Part shown: positions 42,552 through 50,773 of the stretch, piece after piece
How the letters are laid out: each line of letters opens with the position of its first letter
How positions within the stretch are numbered: the stretch's first letter is position 1
DNA from: Sulfuricurvum sp.
GTDB taxonomy: Bacteria > Campylobacterota > Campylobacteria > Campylobacterales > Sulfurimonadaceae
Reading direction: 5' to 3'
Length of the DNA: 64,000 nt
Assembly (NCBI GenBank): GCA_030696775.1
Contig: JAUYRN010000012.1
Location: forward strand, 65,426 to 129,425
Notes under the pieces: model-generated
The model's database searches: none
What the model was told of the DNA's origin: nothing
Seen by the model: the letters and a program-made list of their open reading frames with translations, nothing else
Position numbers and translations under genes: made by a program

Positions 42552-42911
42552 TTACGCGACTTCGATACGGAATTGTTCCATATTATCGAGGTTATGACAC
42601 AATTTCATTGTCTCATCGTCTGCTGCATCAACGCGTTTTGAGATTTCTGACATTTGGTAACGATTCATATAAATCATGTACTTTTGTACTCTGTCTGGAT
42701 TCTCTTCTTTGAAATAATGAACCATTGCACGGAACAAGAATGTATCTTTATTCGTGTAGCTCAACCATTCTTTATCTCTCTCTTTAGTGCCCATCAAAAG
42801 TTTAATCTCTTTAACGTCACTGATATCAACATCGGCAATTTTTTCTGCAACTAATTCGTCTGGAATATGATTCCCCATTGAAGCTGGGAAGTGAAAACCT
42901 AATACAAACAT
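42552..42911 (-). CDS. Hypothetical protein between nifH and nifD (119 aa)
   Basis: Clean ORF with an AAGGAGA RBS, same strand as nifHDK; no family recognised. Confidence 0.8.
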   Translation of the reverse strand: MFVLGFHFPASMGNHIPDELVAEKIADVDISDVKEIKLLMGTKERDKEWLSYTNKDTFLFRAMVHYFKEENPDRVQKYMIYMNRYQMSEISKRVDAADDETMKLCHNLDNMEQFRIEVA

Positions 42912-43013
42912 CTAATCTCCTTTTTCTGTTGTTTTCTTTTCATTATTAACAAGATGTTATTGGTCATTTGCATGACAGCCATTGAAGATTCCTCAAAAGA
43001 GGAACCGTTTTCT

Positions 43014-43937
<924 letters not shown>

Positions 43938-43963
43938 TTATTTTTGAACTTCACTGAGGTAGA

Positions 43964-43980
43964 TGCAAAGGATGTTCTAA
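43964..43980 (-). promoter_or_regulatory. Sigma54-like -24/-12 element upstream of nifH (TTAGAACATCCTTTGCA)
   Basis: AG-N10-GC spacing, with GC about 37 nt before the ATG. The same motif occurs at four other nif units. Confidence 0.65.
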
Positions 43981-44179
43981 GGTTTTTTGAACATTTATCG
44001 AAACAACCATGACAAAGCTACGACAATGAAACAAAATTGTAGGAATAGGTGATGCAGGGGTGATCTTTTTTAAATTTACGACATTTTTCCAATTTAAAAT
44101 CCAAACTGATTAAAAATTAGACTGCTAATCTCCTAATAAATGATCTTAAATGGCTACACTTCCTTAAAAAGGGGCTGAT

Positions 44180-44737
44180 ATGACCAATAAAGAAAAATTT
44201 ATCCATAATATGCATCAAGCCAGAACCGCACACATACGCTGGGTCAATGCAATCAAGCTCCTGGTATCCGGTATTGATGTTGATGAGAAACAAATCACAC
44301 TGGATGCAACCCATTCACAATTTGGTTTATGGTATTACAATGAAGCGATGCTTTTCAGCCTAGGATCAAGCCGATTGGTACTTGAAGAGATCGAAAACTA
44401 TCTAATGGAGCTTCATGATAAATACACGAAAATCTATCCTATCTATTATGGAAGTCGCAAACGCAATCTTCTAAGTGAACTTTTAGGAGGAAGATCACGT
44501 GCCAGCGCACATGAAATCGAACTTTCCCAACGATTTTATGAAGAGATCATCCAGCTCTCGGATAAACTCAAACATAAACTTCGTATTTTTGAAGCACAAC
44601 TGATGAGTTTGTCTGAAGAAAAGTTTGATGAATTAAGCAGTTTTACACAAAACGAGGAATTAACGTCTGAAGCAATAGAAATTGAAACTGCTTCTGAAAA
44701 TGAGGGAGCTTATCATTATGGAGCACGGGGGAGATAA
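44180..44737 (+). CDS. Stand-alone CZB-like domain protein
   Basis: AHIRWV, D..H.QFGLWY and LHDKY pattern; the Zn-binding Cys position is Ser. Confidence 0.7.
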   Translation: MTNKEKFIHNMHQARTAHIRWVNAIKLLVSGIDVDEKQITLDATHSQFGLWYYNEAMLFSLGSSRLVLEEIENYLMELHDKYTKIYPIYYGSRKRNLLSELLGGRSRASAHEIELSQRFYEEIIQLSDKLKHKLRIFEAQLMSLSEEKFDELSSFTQNEELTSEAIEIETASENEGAYHYGARGR

Positions 44738-45177
44738 TACATCAGCCCCATATTGCTCGTCTTAAATCCAAAAGTTTGATAAAAAGCAATCGCCGAATCA
44801 TTTCGTCTATCAGCACCTAATGTAATACGTCCATATCCAAGAGTATTTGCAGTATCAATCATAGAACCAAGAAGTAAACGACCAACACCGATTCTGCGAA
44901 ACTCGTTGGAAACAATCATGTCTTCGATCAACCCAACACGTTCACCCATCGCAGTCGAAACAAGTCCTTGCATGGAGATCATACCGATTACCTGCCCGGA
45001 AATTTCTGCAACCAAAACAAGGCAGTTTTTGCTTTCCAGTAAGAGTTCTAAACCCTGCATTTGTTTCTCAATGTCAATAATAAAATCATCTTCGATAAGA
45101 AATAGCTCTGCCAGTAGCCCCGCCATAACACTAACATCATCATAACAAGCATCTCGTATTTTAATGTCAGCGCCCAC
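44716..45177 (-). CDS. GNAT N-acetyltransferase
   Basis: IVSNEFRRIGVGRLL and AIAFYQTFGF. Confidence 0.88.
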   Translation of the reverse strand: MGADIKIRDACYDDVSVMAGLLAELFLIEDDFIIDIEKQMQGLELLLESKNCLVLVAEISGQVIGMISMQGLVSTAMGERVGLIEDMIVSNEFRRIGVGRLLLGSMIDTANTLGYGRITLGADRRNDSAIAFYQTFGFKTSNMGLMYYLPRAP

Positions 45178-45445
45178 TTTTCATTCTCTCTAGGATTTCG
45201 CCCAGTTTATCATTGCGTAATTGAATGAGTCGATCGATTTCATCGTAATCAAATTTCCCAGTATAAGCCATATCAAAGATTCTGAGAAGGGCTGCACGAC
45301 AGCAGCTCTTGTCACACTCTGTGACGAGTTTCTTGGCTTTTTTATAAGGTAGTGAGGTGTCTTGAAAGATCTTGATAGCATCGGCAACACTCTTGCCTCC
45401 GCATTCGCATATTTCGTGGACTAAAACCTCTTCTTTCGTAGGCAT
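45167..45445 (-). CDS. Small Cys-rich protein, possibly BFD-like [2Fe-2S]
   Basis: ICECGG ... CDKSCC in a nif context. Confidence 0.55.
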   Translation of the reverse strand: MPTKEEVLVHEICECGGKSVADAIKIFQDTSLPYKKAKKLVTECDKSCCRAALLRIFDMAYTGKFDYDEIDRLIQLRNDKLGEILERMKSGR

Positions 45446-45456
45446 GACAACATCCC

Positions 45457-45654
45457 TTAAAGAGAATGCTCTGCTTTATACGCATTTGCCTTTTCGACAG
45501 CAACGTAAAGCTTTTCAGCCAGTTCAGGCATTTTTACATGATTACTCCAAACCGTATCTTCAACAATGTCATGAATCTCAGAGGCAACTTCGATTGCCAA
45601 GCGTTTAAGTTTTGCCAACTCTTTTCTTTGTTCTTGTTCGGTCATTTCCGACAT
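45457..45654 (-). CDS. Rop-like / CCE_0567 family nif-associated protein
   Basis: Two-helix protein with an IHDIVED motif resembling the family LHDLxED. Confidence 0.65.
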   Translation of the reverse strand: MSEMTEQEQRKELAKLKRLAIEVASEIHDIVEDTVWSNHVKMPELAEKLYVAVEKANAYKAEHSL

Positions 45655-45747
45655 AATCAATCCTTTTTTTATTTAATTTTACACACTTAAACGAGCAAAG
45701 CCCGTTTAAGTGGCAAGGACAAGTTTGTCCTTTGCAATCCCCTAAAG

Positions 45748-45972
45748 TTAGGCTACACGTATCTCAATGTTTCGGGCTTGATCTTTTCCCAGTGCAATCA
45801 ATCTTTGACCGATTTGGACTTGGACACTGCTTTTAAACAAACCATAGCGTTTTACGCACACGGTAGCATTAGGGCACAGTCCCATATCACAAAGATGCTG
45901 CTTTAGATCATCACTCAAATCTATAGAAAGGACTTTGCATTTTTCATTCACACAACTTTCAAGCAGGTTCAT
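45748..45972 (-). CDS. feoA: FeoA family protein
   Basis: 74 aa with LCDMGL.P...V.V.R.G and IALGK..A..I.I. No feoB nearby. Confidence 0.85.
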   Translation of the reverse strand: MNLLESCVNEKCKVLSIDLSDDLKQHLCDMGLCPNATVCVKRYGLFKSSVQVQIGQRLIALGKDQARNIEIRVA

Positions 45973-46069
45973 GGAATAATCCTTTCAAAAATTCTGCCCC
46001 CAAAGGGGCAAGCTTTAGTGCCATAGCGGCAAGCGTAGGGGCAGGTGTTTTACTCCTGCCTCGTTCAAA

Positions 46070-46897
46070 TTAAAGTGAAAATGCGTAGATATTTTCAAAT
46101 TTGACAGCATGAGCTTCACCATACGACATGTGGATAAACGTCCCTTTTTGCTGAAAGTGGTATTTCTCGTACAATTCAACGGCTTTTGTATTTCCCATCG
46201 GAACATCGGCAAGTACTTTTTTAAGCCCTCTAAAATACAAAACTCCCTGCATCATCTTCTCTGCTTCATCTTCAAACCCCTCACGGCATTGCCATGGTCC
46301 GAGATAGACACCGCGTGCATTAATAACACTGGAGTGTTGGAATGAATTTGGAAGTGCAAATTTCAGTGAGCTGTTCCGTTCCATCTCATCGAGCATAAAT
46401 CCCATACGATTCTCACCAAATGTCTCAAAATCGATTTTACGAATCATCGCATCGAAATTTCCACCGTCAAGCTCTTTGGCCTGAGCATTCGTAAAACTAA
46501 AAGGGGGAACTTTTCCGACATTGAGAAAGCGCCCTACTTCCATAACCGCTTTAAAACCACTCTGCTCAAAAAAAGTCTTAAGCTGAGGATTAGCATGGAG
46601 GTAGAGAGAGGGATGTTCCTCTTTTAAAACACCAAAGAGGGTATTAAAAAGCCGTCGTCCAATCCCTTGTTTTTGATAGGTTGGTTTGACCATAAAATAT
46701 TTTATCATCGCTGAGGATTCAAACTCGATTGCCATGACTGCACCAACAAGCACTCCCTCATCGTAGGCACCATAACACAAATGAGGAGCATGCATCATCA
46801 TGAGTTTGACATGGTATCCATCCAGCAGCCAACCCGTCTCTTCGGCAATTTTAATCAAATCAGGAACATCAACGAACTTTATCCACCCTATATACAT
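46070..46897 (-). CDS. GNAT acetyltransferase (YitH-like two-domain)
   Basis: VKPTYQKQGIGRRLF and a second degenerate GNAT half; coupled to nifV. Confidence 0.8.
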   Translation of the reverse strand: MYIGWIKFVDVPDLIKIAEETGWLLDGYHVKLMMMHAPHLCYGAYDEGVLVGAVMAIEFESSAMIKYFMVKPTYQKQGIGRRLFNTLFGVLKEEHPSLYLHANPQLKTFFEQSGFKAVMEVGRFLNVGKVPPFSFTNAQAKELDGGNFDAMIRKIDFETFGENRMGFMLDEMERNSSLKFALPNSFQHSSVINARGVYLGPWQCREGFEDEAEKMMQGVLYFRGLKKVLADVPMGNTKAVELYEKYHFQQKGTFIHMSYGEAHAVKFENIYAFSL

Positions 46898-48003
46898 GCT
46901 GCATCCTGATAGAGAGATTTAAGTTCGAATACATCCAAAACGCGTTTACGTGAAGTAACAATCTCTCGGATTTTTGGAAGAAGCTCGCTTAATATGCTGT
47001 TATCTGCACTGATACCCATACGCTTTAAATGGTAGCGTATTGTTGCACTGCCAGAGTGTTTACCGATGGGATACGAACTTTCTAGTCCGACTTCTGAAGC
47101 TTGATAAGGCTCATACGCGCTAGAATCTTTCATCATACCGCTTGCATGAATGCCGCTCTCATGGGCGAAAATATGTTCACCCACGACAGGAGCATTGGAT
47201 GCAAGCGTCATATTCGCTGCACCCGCAACTGTACCTACTAAATTTCGAATAAGGAGTGGATCGATGGGACGTGCCTCACCATATAGATGTTTCAATGCCA
47301 TGAGAATCTGTTCAAATGAAGCATTTCCTGCCCTCTCACCTAATCCCATTACCGTAGTATTCATACTAATTGCCCCTGCATCAATTCCGCTAAGAGCATT
47401 TGCATTGGCGAGTCCAAAATCGTTATGAGTGTGCATTTCAATCGGGAGGAGATTTAAATTCGTCAACGATTTGACCGCTTTATACGTTTGTATAGGTGTC
47501 ATAATACCGATCGTATCGCAATAGCGGAAACGCTGTGCTCCACATTCACGGGAAAGCTCCATAACATCTTTAATAAACTCAAAACTGCCTCGTGAGCTGT
47601 CTTCACCGCCTATGCAGACAAACAATCCTTCGCGAGTGGCAGCAGTGACAACTCGTTCGAGTTCGTTTAATACTTTGATTTTACTTCCACCGAATTTTAT
47701 ATCGATCAAAAGATCCGAAATAGGAATGGATAAATCAACCGCTCCAATACCACACGAAAGGGATGCGTCAAGATCTTCCATTTTCATCCGATTCCACGTC
47801 ATCATTCGAGCGCGTAAGCCTAGAGATAAAAGTGCTTTTATATCCTCACGCTCTTTGACACCCATTGCCGCAATACCGATTTCGAGTTCATCCGCTCCGC
47901 ACGCATCCAATAATGTTGCGATACGGATTTTTTCCTCGGTATTGAATGCGACGTAAGCGGCTTGCTCGCCGTCACGCAATGTTGTGTCATTTATGAGTGC
48001 CAT
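46888..48003 (-). CDS. nifV: Homocitrate synthase
   Basis: INDTTLRDGEQ, HTHNDFG, GLGERAGN, HESGIH and GKHSG; downstream of nifB. The true start is MALIND. Confidence 0.92.
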   Translation of the reverse strand: MALINDTTLRDGEQAAYVAFNTEEKIRIATLLDACGADELEIGIAAMGVKEREDIKALLSLGLRARMMTWNRMKMEDLDASLSCGIGAVDLSIPISDLLIDIKFGGSKIKVLNELERVVTAATREGLFVCIGGEDSSRGSFEFIKDVMELSRECGAQRFRYCDTIGIMTPIQTYKAVKSLTNLNLLPIEMHTHNDFGLANANALSGIDAGAISMNTTVMGLGERAGNASFEQILMALKHLYGEARPIDPLLIRNLVGTVAGAANMTLASNAPVVGEHIFAHESGIHASGMMKDSSAYEPYQASEVGLESSYPIGKHSGSATIRYHLKRMGISADNSILSELLPKIREIVTSRKRVLDVFELKSLYQDAACI

Positions 48004-48017
48004 AATAGGTTCCTTCC

Positions 48018-48092
48018 CGTCATCCTCGGGCTTGACCCGGGGATCCATCTTCATTAATGCATAGCTGGATTCCCGCCTTCGCTGGAATGACG
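48018..48092. repeat. CGTC-tagged REP-like palindromic dyad
   Basis: CGTCATCCTCGGGCTTGACCCGGGGATCCA on plus and CGTCATTCCAGCGAAGGCGGGAATCCAG on minus. Each is self-complementary and they lie head-to-head in the nifB-nifV spacer. Confidence 0.75.
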
Positions 48093-48097
48093 ATGTA

Positions 48098-49513
48098 TTA
48101 GTTAACTTCCGCGTTTTCATCCACACCGAAATATTTACGTGACGCTTTGAGGACTGAAATCTCGATTGGCTCATAGGCATAGCTTTGATCCGCCACAATT
48201 CCGGCCGCTTTGAGATCATCTTGTGGACATCCGCCGATTTTAGCCGTCAAAACCATCTGTACATCTTTAAGTTTCTCTAAAATCGGAGCAAGCGGATTCG
48301 TCCCATCAGGACCTGCACAGTATTCTGCATCGACTTTACGGTGATGGATAAATCGAATCCCTTTGTCCCCCGCTTCATAAATCAAGAACTCTTTAACACT
48401 TCCAAAGTGCATGTTAATCATCCCCTCGCCCGCAGTCGTAACCGCAACGAGAATCGTCACACCGTTGGAACTGAGCTCTTCTTTTTCTTTTCGGACACGA
48501 TCATTTGCACGGTCGAGGAAGAATCGGAACTCTTCGATCTTAGCCTGAGCTTCTTGACGCGCTTCGAGGTCGTATTTAATTTGCAGTTCATCGAAACTCA
48601 ACCCTGCAAAGGTATCTTTCGTAAACTCTCCGCCACGGTCTTCACCGATAAGTCCTACGGCATCCGCACGACACTGACGGCAGTGCTGCATCAGTTTCAT
48701 ATCATGACCGCACGCTTCTTGCGCTGCCATTTGCTCTTGGTCAGTTGCACTAGGTACGCCATCAAGGGCAAATTTGGTTCCGAACTCAGGCTCTGAGAGG
48801 ATCGGCATAATGTTATGTAAAAATACCCCAATCTCTTTGAGTTTACGTGATACTTCCGGTAGATGCTGATCGTTAATACCTGGGATCAAAACTGAATTTG
48901 CTTTGATCAAAATCCCTTTTTCGACACATTTACGCATCCCCTCTAGCTGATTTGCCAAGAGTATTTTTGATGCCTCTTTTCCATAGATACGTTTATTGTC
49001 ATGAAAAATCCACGGATAAATCAAACTTCCGATCTCGCCCGTCTCATCAACGCTGTTGATCGTAACGGTAATGTGATCGATGTTGTATTCGACCATCTCA
49101 TCAACAAAGTTTGGTAATTCCAATCCGTTTGTAGAAAGACACAATTTTAAATCCGGTGCAAATTCGCGCACCATACCAAATGTTTCAAATGTCTTTTTAG
49201 GATTTGCCAACGCATCACCTGGCCCTGCAATCCCAAGTACGCTCATACGTTGCACTTCTCCGCCGACGAACATAACTTTCTTCGCCGCTTCCACAGGCGA
49301 GAGGCGTTCAGATGTTACACCCGGACGTGACTCATTCGAACAGTCGTATTTTCGATTACAGTAATTGCATTGGATATTACACGCAGGGGCAACAGCTACG
49401 TGAATACGCGCATAGTGGTGGTGAGCACCTTCTGAATAGCATGGATGATTGTGGATCTTTTCCTTAATATCATCGGGCATAAAAGCTTCGGTTCCAGTTG
49501 ATGAACAGCTCAT
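48098..49513 (-). CDS. nifB: FeMo-cofactor biosynthesis radical SAM protein with C-terminal NifX-like domain
   Basis: HPCY, CNIQCNYC, ESRPG, GIAGPGD, CRQCRADA and a C-terminal HFG. Confidence 0.97.
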   Translation of the reverse strand: MSCSSTGTEAFMPDDIKEKIHNHPCYSEGAHHHYARIHVAVAPACNIQCNYCNRKYDCSNESRPGVTSERLSPVEAAKKVMFVGGEVQRMSVLGIAGPGDALANPKKTFETFGMVREFAPDLKLCLSTNGLELPNFVDEMVEYNIDHITVTINSVDETGEIGSLIYPWIFHDNKRIYGKEASKILLANQLEGMRKCVEKGILIKANSVLIPGINDQHLPEVSRKLKEIGVFLHNIMPILSEPEFGTKFALDGVPSATDQEQMAAQEACGHDMKLMQHCRQCRADAVGLIGEDRGGEFTKDTFAGLSFDELQIKYDLEARQEAQAKIEEFRFFLDRANDRVRKEKEELSSNGVTILVAVTTAGEGMINMHFGSVKEFLIYEAGDKGIRFIHHRKVDAEYCAGPDGTNPLAPILEKLKDVQMVLTAKIGGCPQDDLKAAGIVADQSYAYEPIEISVLKASRKYFGVDENAEVN

Positions 49514-49587
49514 AGTATCTCCTTGTTATTATCATTTTTCAATGATCTTGCCTCATCCGGTGCCAATCATTATCTGAAATCCAGTTA

Positions 49588-49604
49588 TGCAAATAGCGTT
49601 CTTA
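49588..49604 (-). promoter_or_regulatory. Sigma54-like element upstream of nifB (TAAGAACGCTATTTGCA)
   Basis: AG-N10-GC spacing, read directly. Confidence 0.6.
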
Positions 49605-49642
49605 TCGATTAGGAAGTAATCGGGGTGGAATCGTGACAATTT

Positions 49643-49658
49643 TGTATTTATCCAAACA
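49643..49658. promoter_or_regulatory. TGT-N10-ACA NifA-type upstream activator site
   Basis: TGTATTTATCCAAACA, flanked by the inverted pair GTGACAA (49633-49639) / TTGTCAC (49665-49671), midway between two divergent -24/-12 elements. Confidence 0.5.
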
Positions 49659-49700
49659 AAGCCGTTGTCACCTTTTCAAAACTCTATAGATAATGTATGC

Positions 49701-49716
49701 AAGAACAAGAGTTGCA
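49701..49716 (+). promoter_or_regulatory. Sigma54-like element upstream of the NifX-like gene (AAGAACAAGAGTTGCA)
   Basis: AG-N10-GC, with GC about 30 nt before the ATG. Confidence 0.62.
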
Positions 49717-49744
49717 ATAGTTAGGTCAATACAAGGAGCTGACA

Positions 49745-50188
49745 ATGATTGTTGCTATACCGATAGATGCATTCAAGCGTGTCTACCACTACAATCCATG
49801 TAGCGCAACGATGTTCGCACTGTATGAACTTACAGGAGAACGCAACGATATTCGCTATCGACATATAGACTCCAAACTTAACCCTTGGAAGAAATGTGAA
49901 GGTGAGATGGTGTGCGACCCAAAGATGAAAGAAAGCAGCTGTGACACAGATAAGAGCCGTGATCCTCACCACATCAGTGAGCACTATGCCCTTCTCGAAG
50001 TCATCGGCAAATGTGACTATCTTATCACAGGTCAATATTGTCTCAATACCTTTTATGCAATGCGCAATGTCGGAATCAAAATCCATAAGATTCCTCCCTT
50101 TATGAAAACGACCCACGAAGCGATGAACCATTTTATTATAGGAGTCGAAATTGCAGATAGTCTACAACACATCCACGCTGTATCTTGA
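49745..50188 (+). CDS. NifB/NifX-like cofactor-binding family protein with Cys-rich insert
   Basis: MIVAIP N-terminus, FALY strand, CDYLITG and GIKIH; divergent from nifB. Confidence 0.6.
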   Translation: MIVAIPIDAFKRVYHYNPCSATMFALYELTGERNDIRYRHIDSKLNPWKKCEGEMVCDPKMKESSCDTDKSRDPHHISEHYALLEVIGKCDYLITGQYCLNTFYAMRNVGIKIHKIPPFMKTTHEAMNHFIIGVEIADSLQHIHAVS

Positions 50189-50657
50189 AGATATGCCTCT
50201 CGATGTCGGTTATGCCTCTGAAAAAGTGAGCCTTAAAAACCACAAAGATGAGACATTTACCATCGGAGGACAAAACGGATTTACCCAGCTCATATTTTCG
50301 ACCCCTTTTATAAATGATGTGCTTCTAGCACAGTTGGAAGAGATCGATACCTTGTTAGGCCTTAATGCACTGCAAGGTATTACGAAAGCTCTTGTCGTTG
50401 CCAATGGCCAACATGAATTGCCTACACTCGAAGAGTGGTTAAGCGGATATGATCATGATGAGGCTTACGGGGATTATTACGGTGTTCGACTTTCTAATAA
50501 AGAACTTGCCAAATCGCTATTTATTATCTCCAAAGATGGAGCAATCTTCTACCACGAGATTCTCAGTGATTTAAATGCACCATTTAGTATTGACAAAGCA
50601 CTTGCAAAGATCGTCGCTGCCAATAGCTGTTACACAGGTAAAGGGTGTCATGGGTAA
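50151..50657 (+). CDS. Tpx (thiol peroxidase)-like protein without peroxidatic Cys
   Basis: Aligns with Tpx (VGY..V.L, QLIFSTP, YGV, LAKSLFII) but lacks the DTxVC motif. TTG start with a GGAG RBS. Confidence 0.65.
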   Translation: MQIVYNTSTLYLEDMPLDVGYASEKVSLKNHKDETFTIGGQNGFTQLIFSTPFINDVLLAQLEEIDTLLGLNALQGITKALVVANGQHELPTLEEWLSGYDHDEAYGDYYGVRLSNKELAKSLFIISKDGAIFYHEILSDLNAPFSIDKALAKIVAANSCYTGKGCHG

Positions 50658-50693
50658 GTTTTTTTGTGGTAAAATCAAGGCAAGCTATTTGAT

Positions 50694-50757
50694 CCCATTT
50701 TCCCTGAGCTCGTCGAAGGGTAAGAAGTTCATGGTTCGACTGGTTCATCACGAACGG
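50694..50757. repeat. Degenerate REP-like element (CCCTGAGCTCGTCGAAGGG ... GGTTCGACTGGTTCATCACGAACGG)
   Basis: Partly complementary halves (GTCGAA/TTCGAC) that resemble an intergenic repeat family I recall from other bacteria. Family assignment is unverified. Confidence 0.45.
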
Positions 50758-50773
50758 AAAAAAGGTAATTTGA

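Noticed and set aside
44010-44025. TGA-N10-ACA upstream of nifH as a NifA site
   Set aside because: One mismatch to TGT-N10-ACA in AT-rich DNA is too weak to call.
46008-46023. TGGCACTAAAGCTTGC upstream of feoA, resembling a canonical sigma54 promoter
   Set aside because: There are 11 nt between GG and GC rather than the required 10. Its position (about 36 nt before the ATG) is suggestive, so TSS mapping could overturn this.
48004-48219. 72-aa N-terminal extension of NifV in the ORF track
   Set aside because: It runs through the REP dyad and overlaps nifB out of frame. Homology starts at MALINDTTLRDGEQ.
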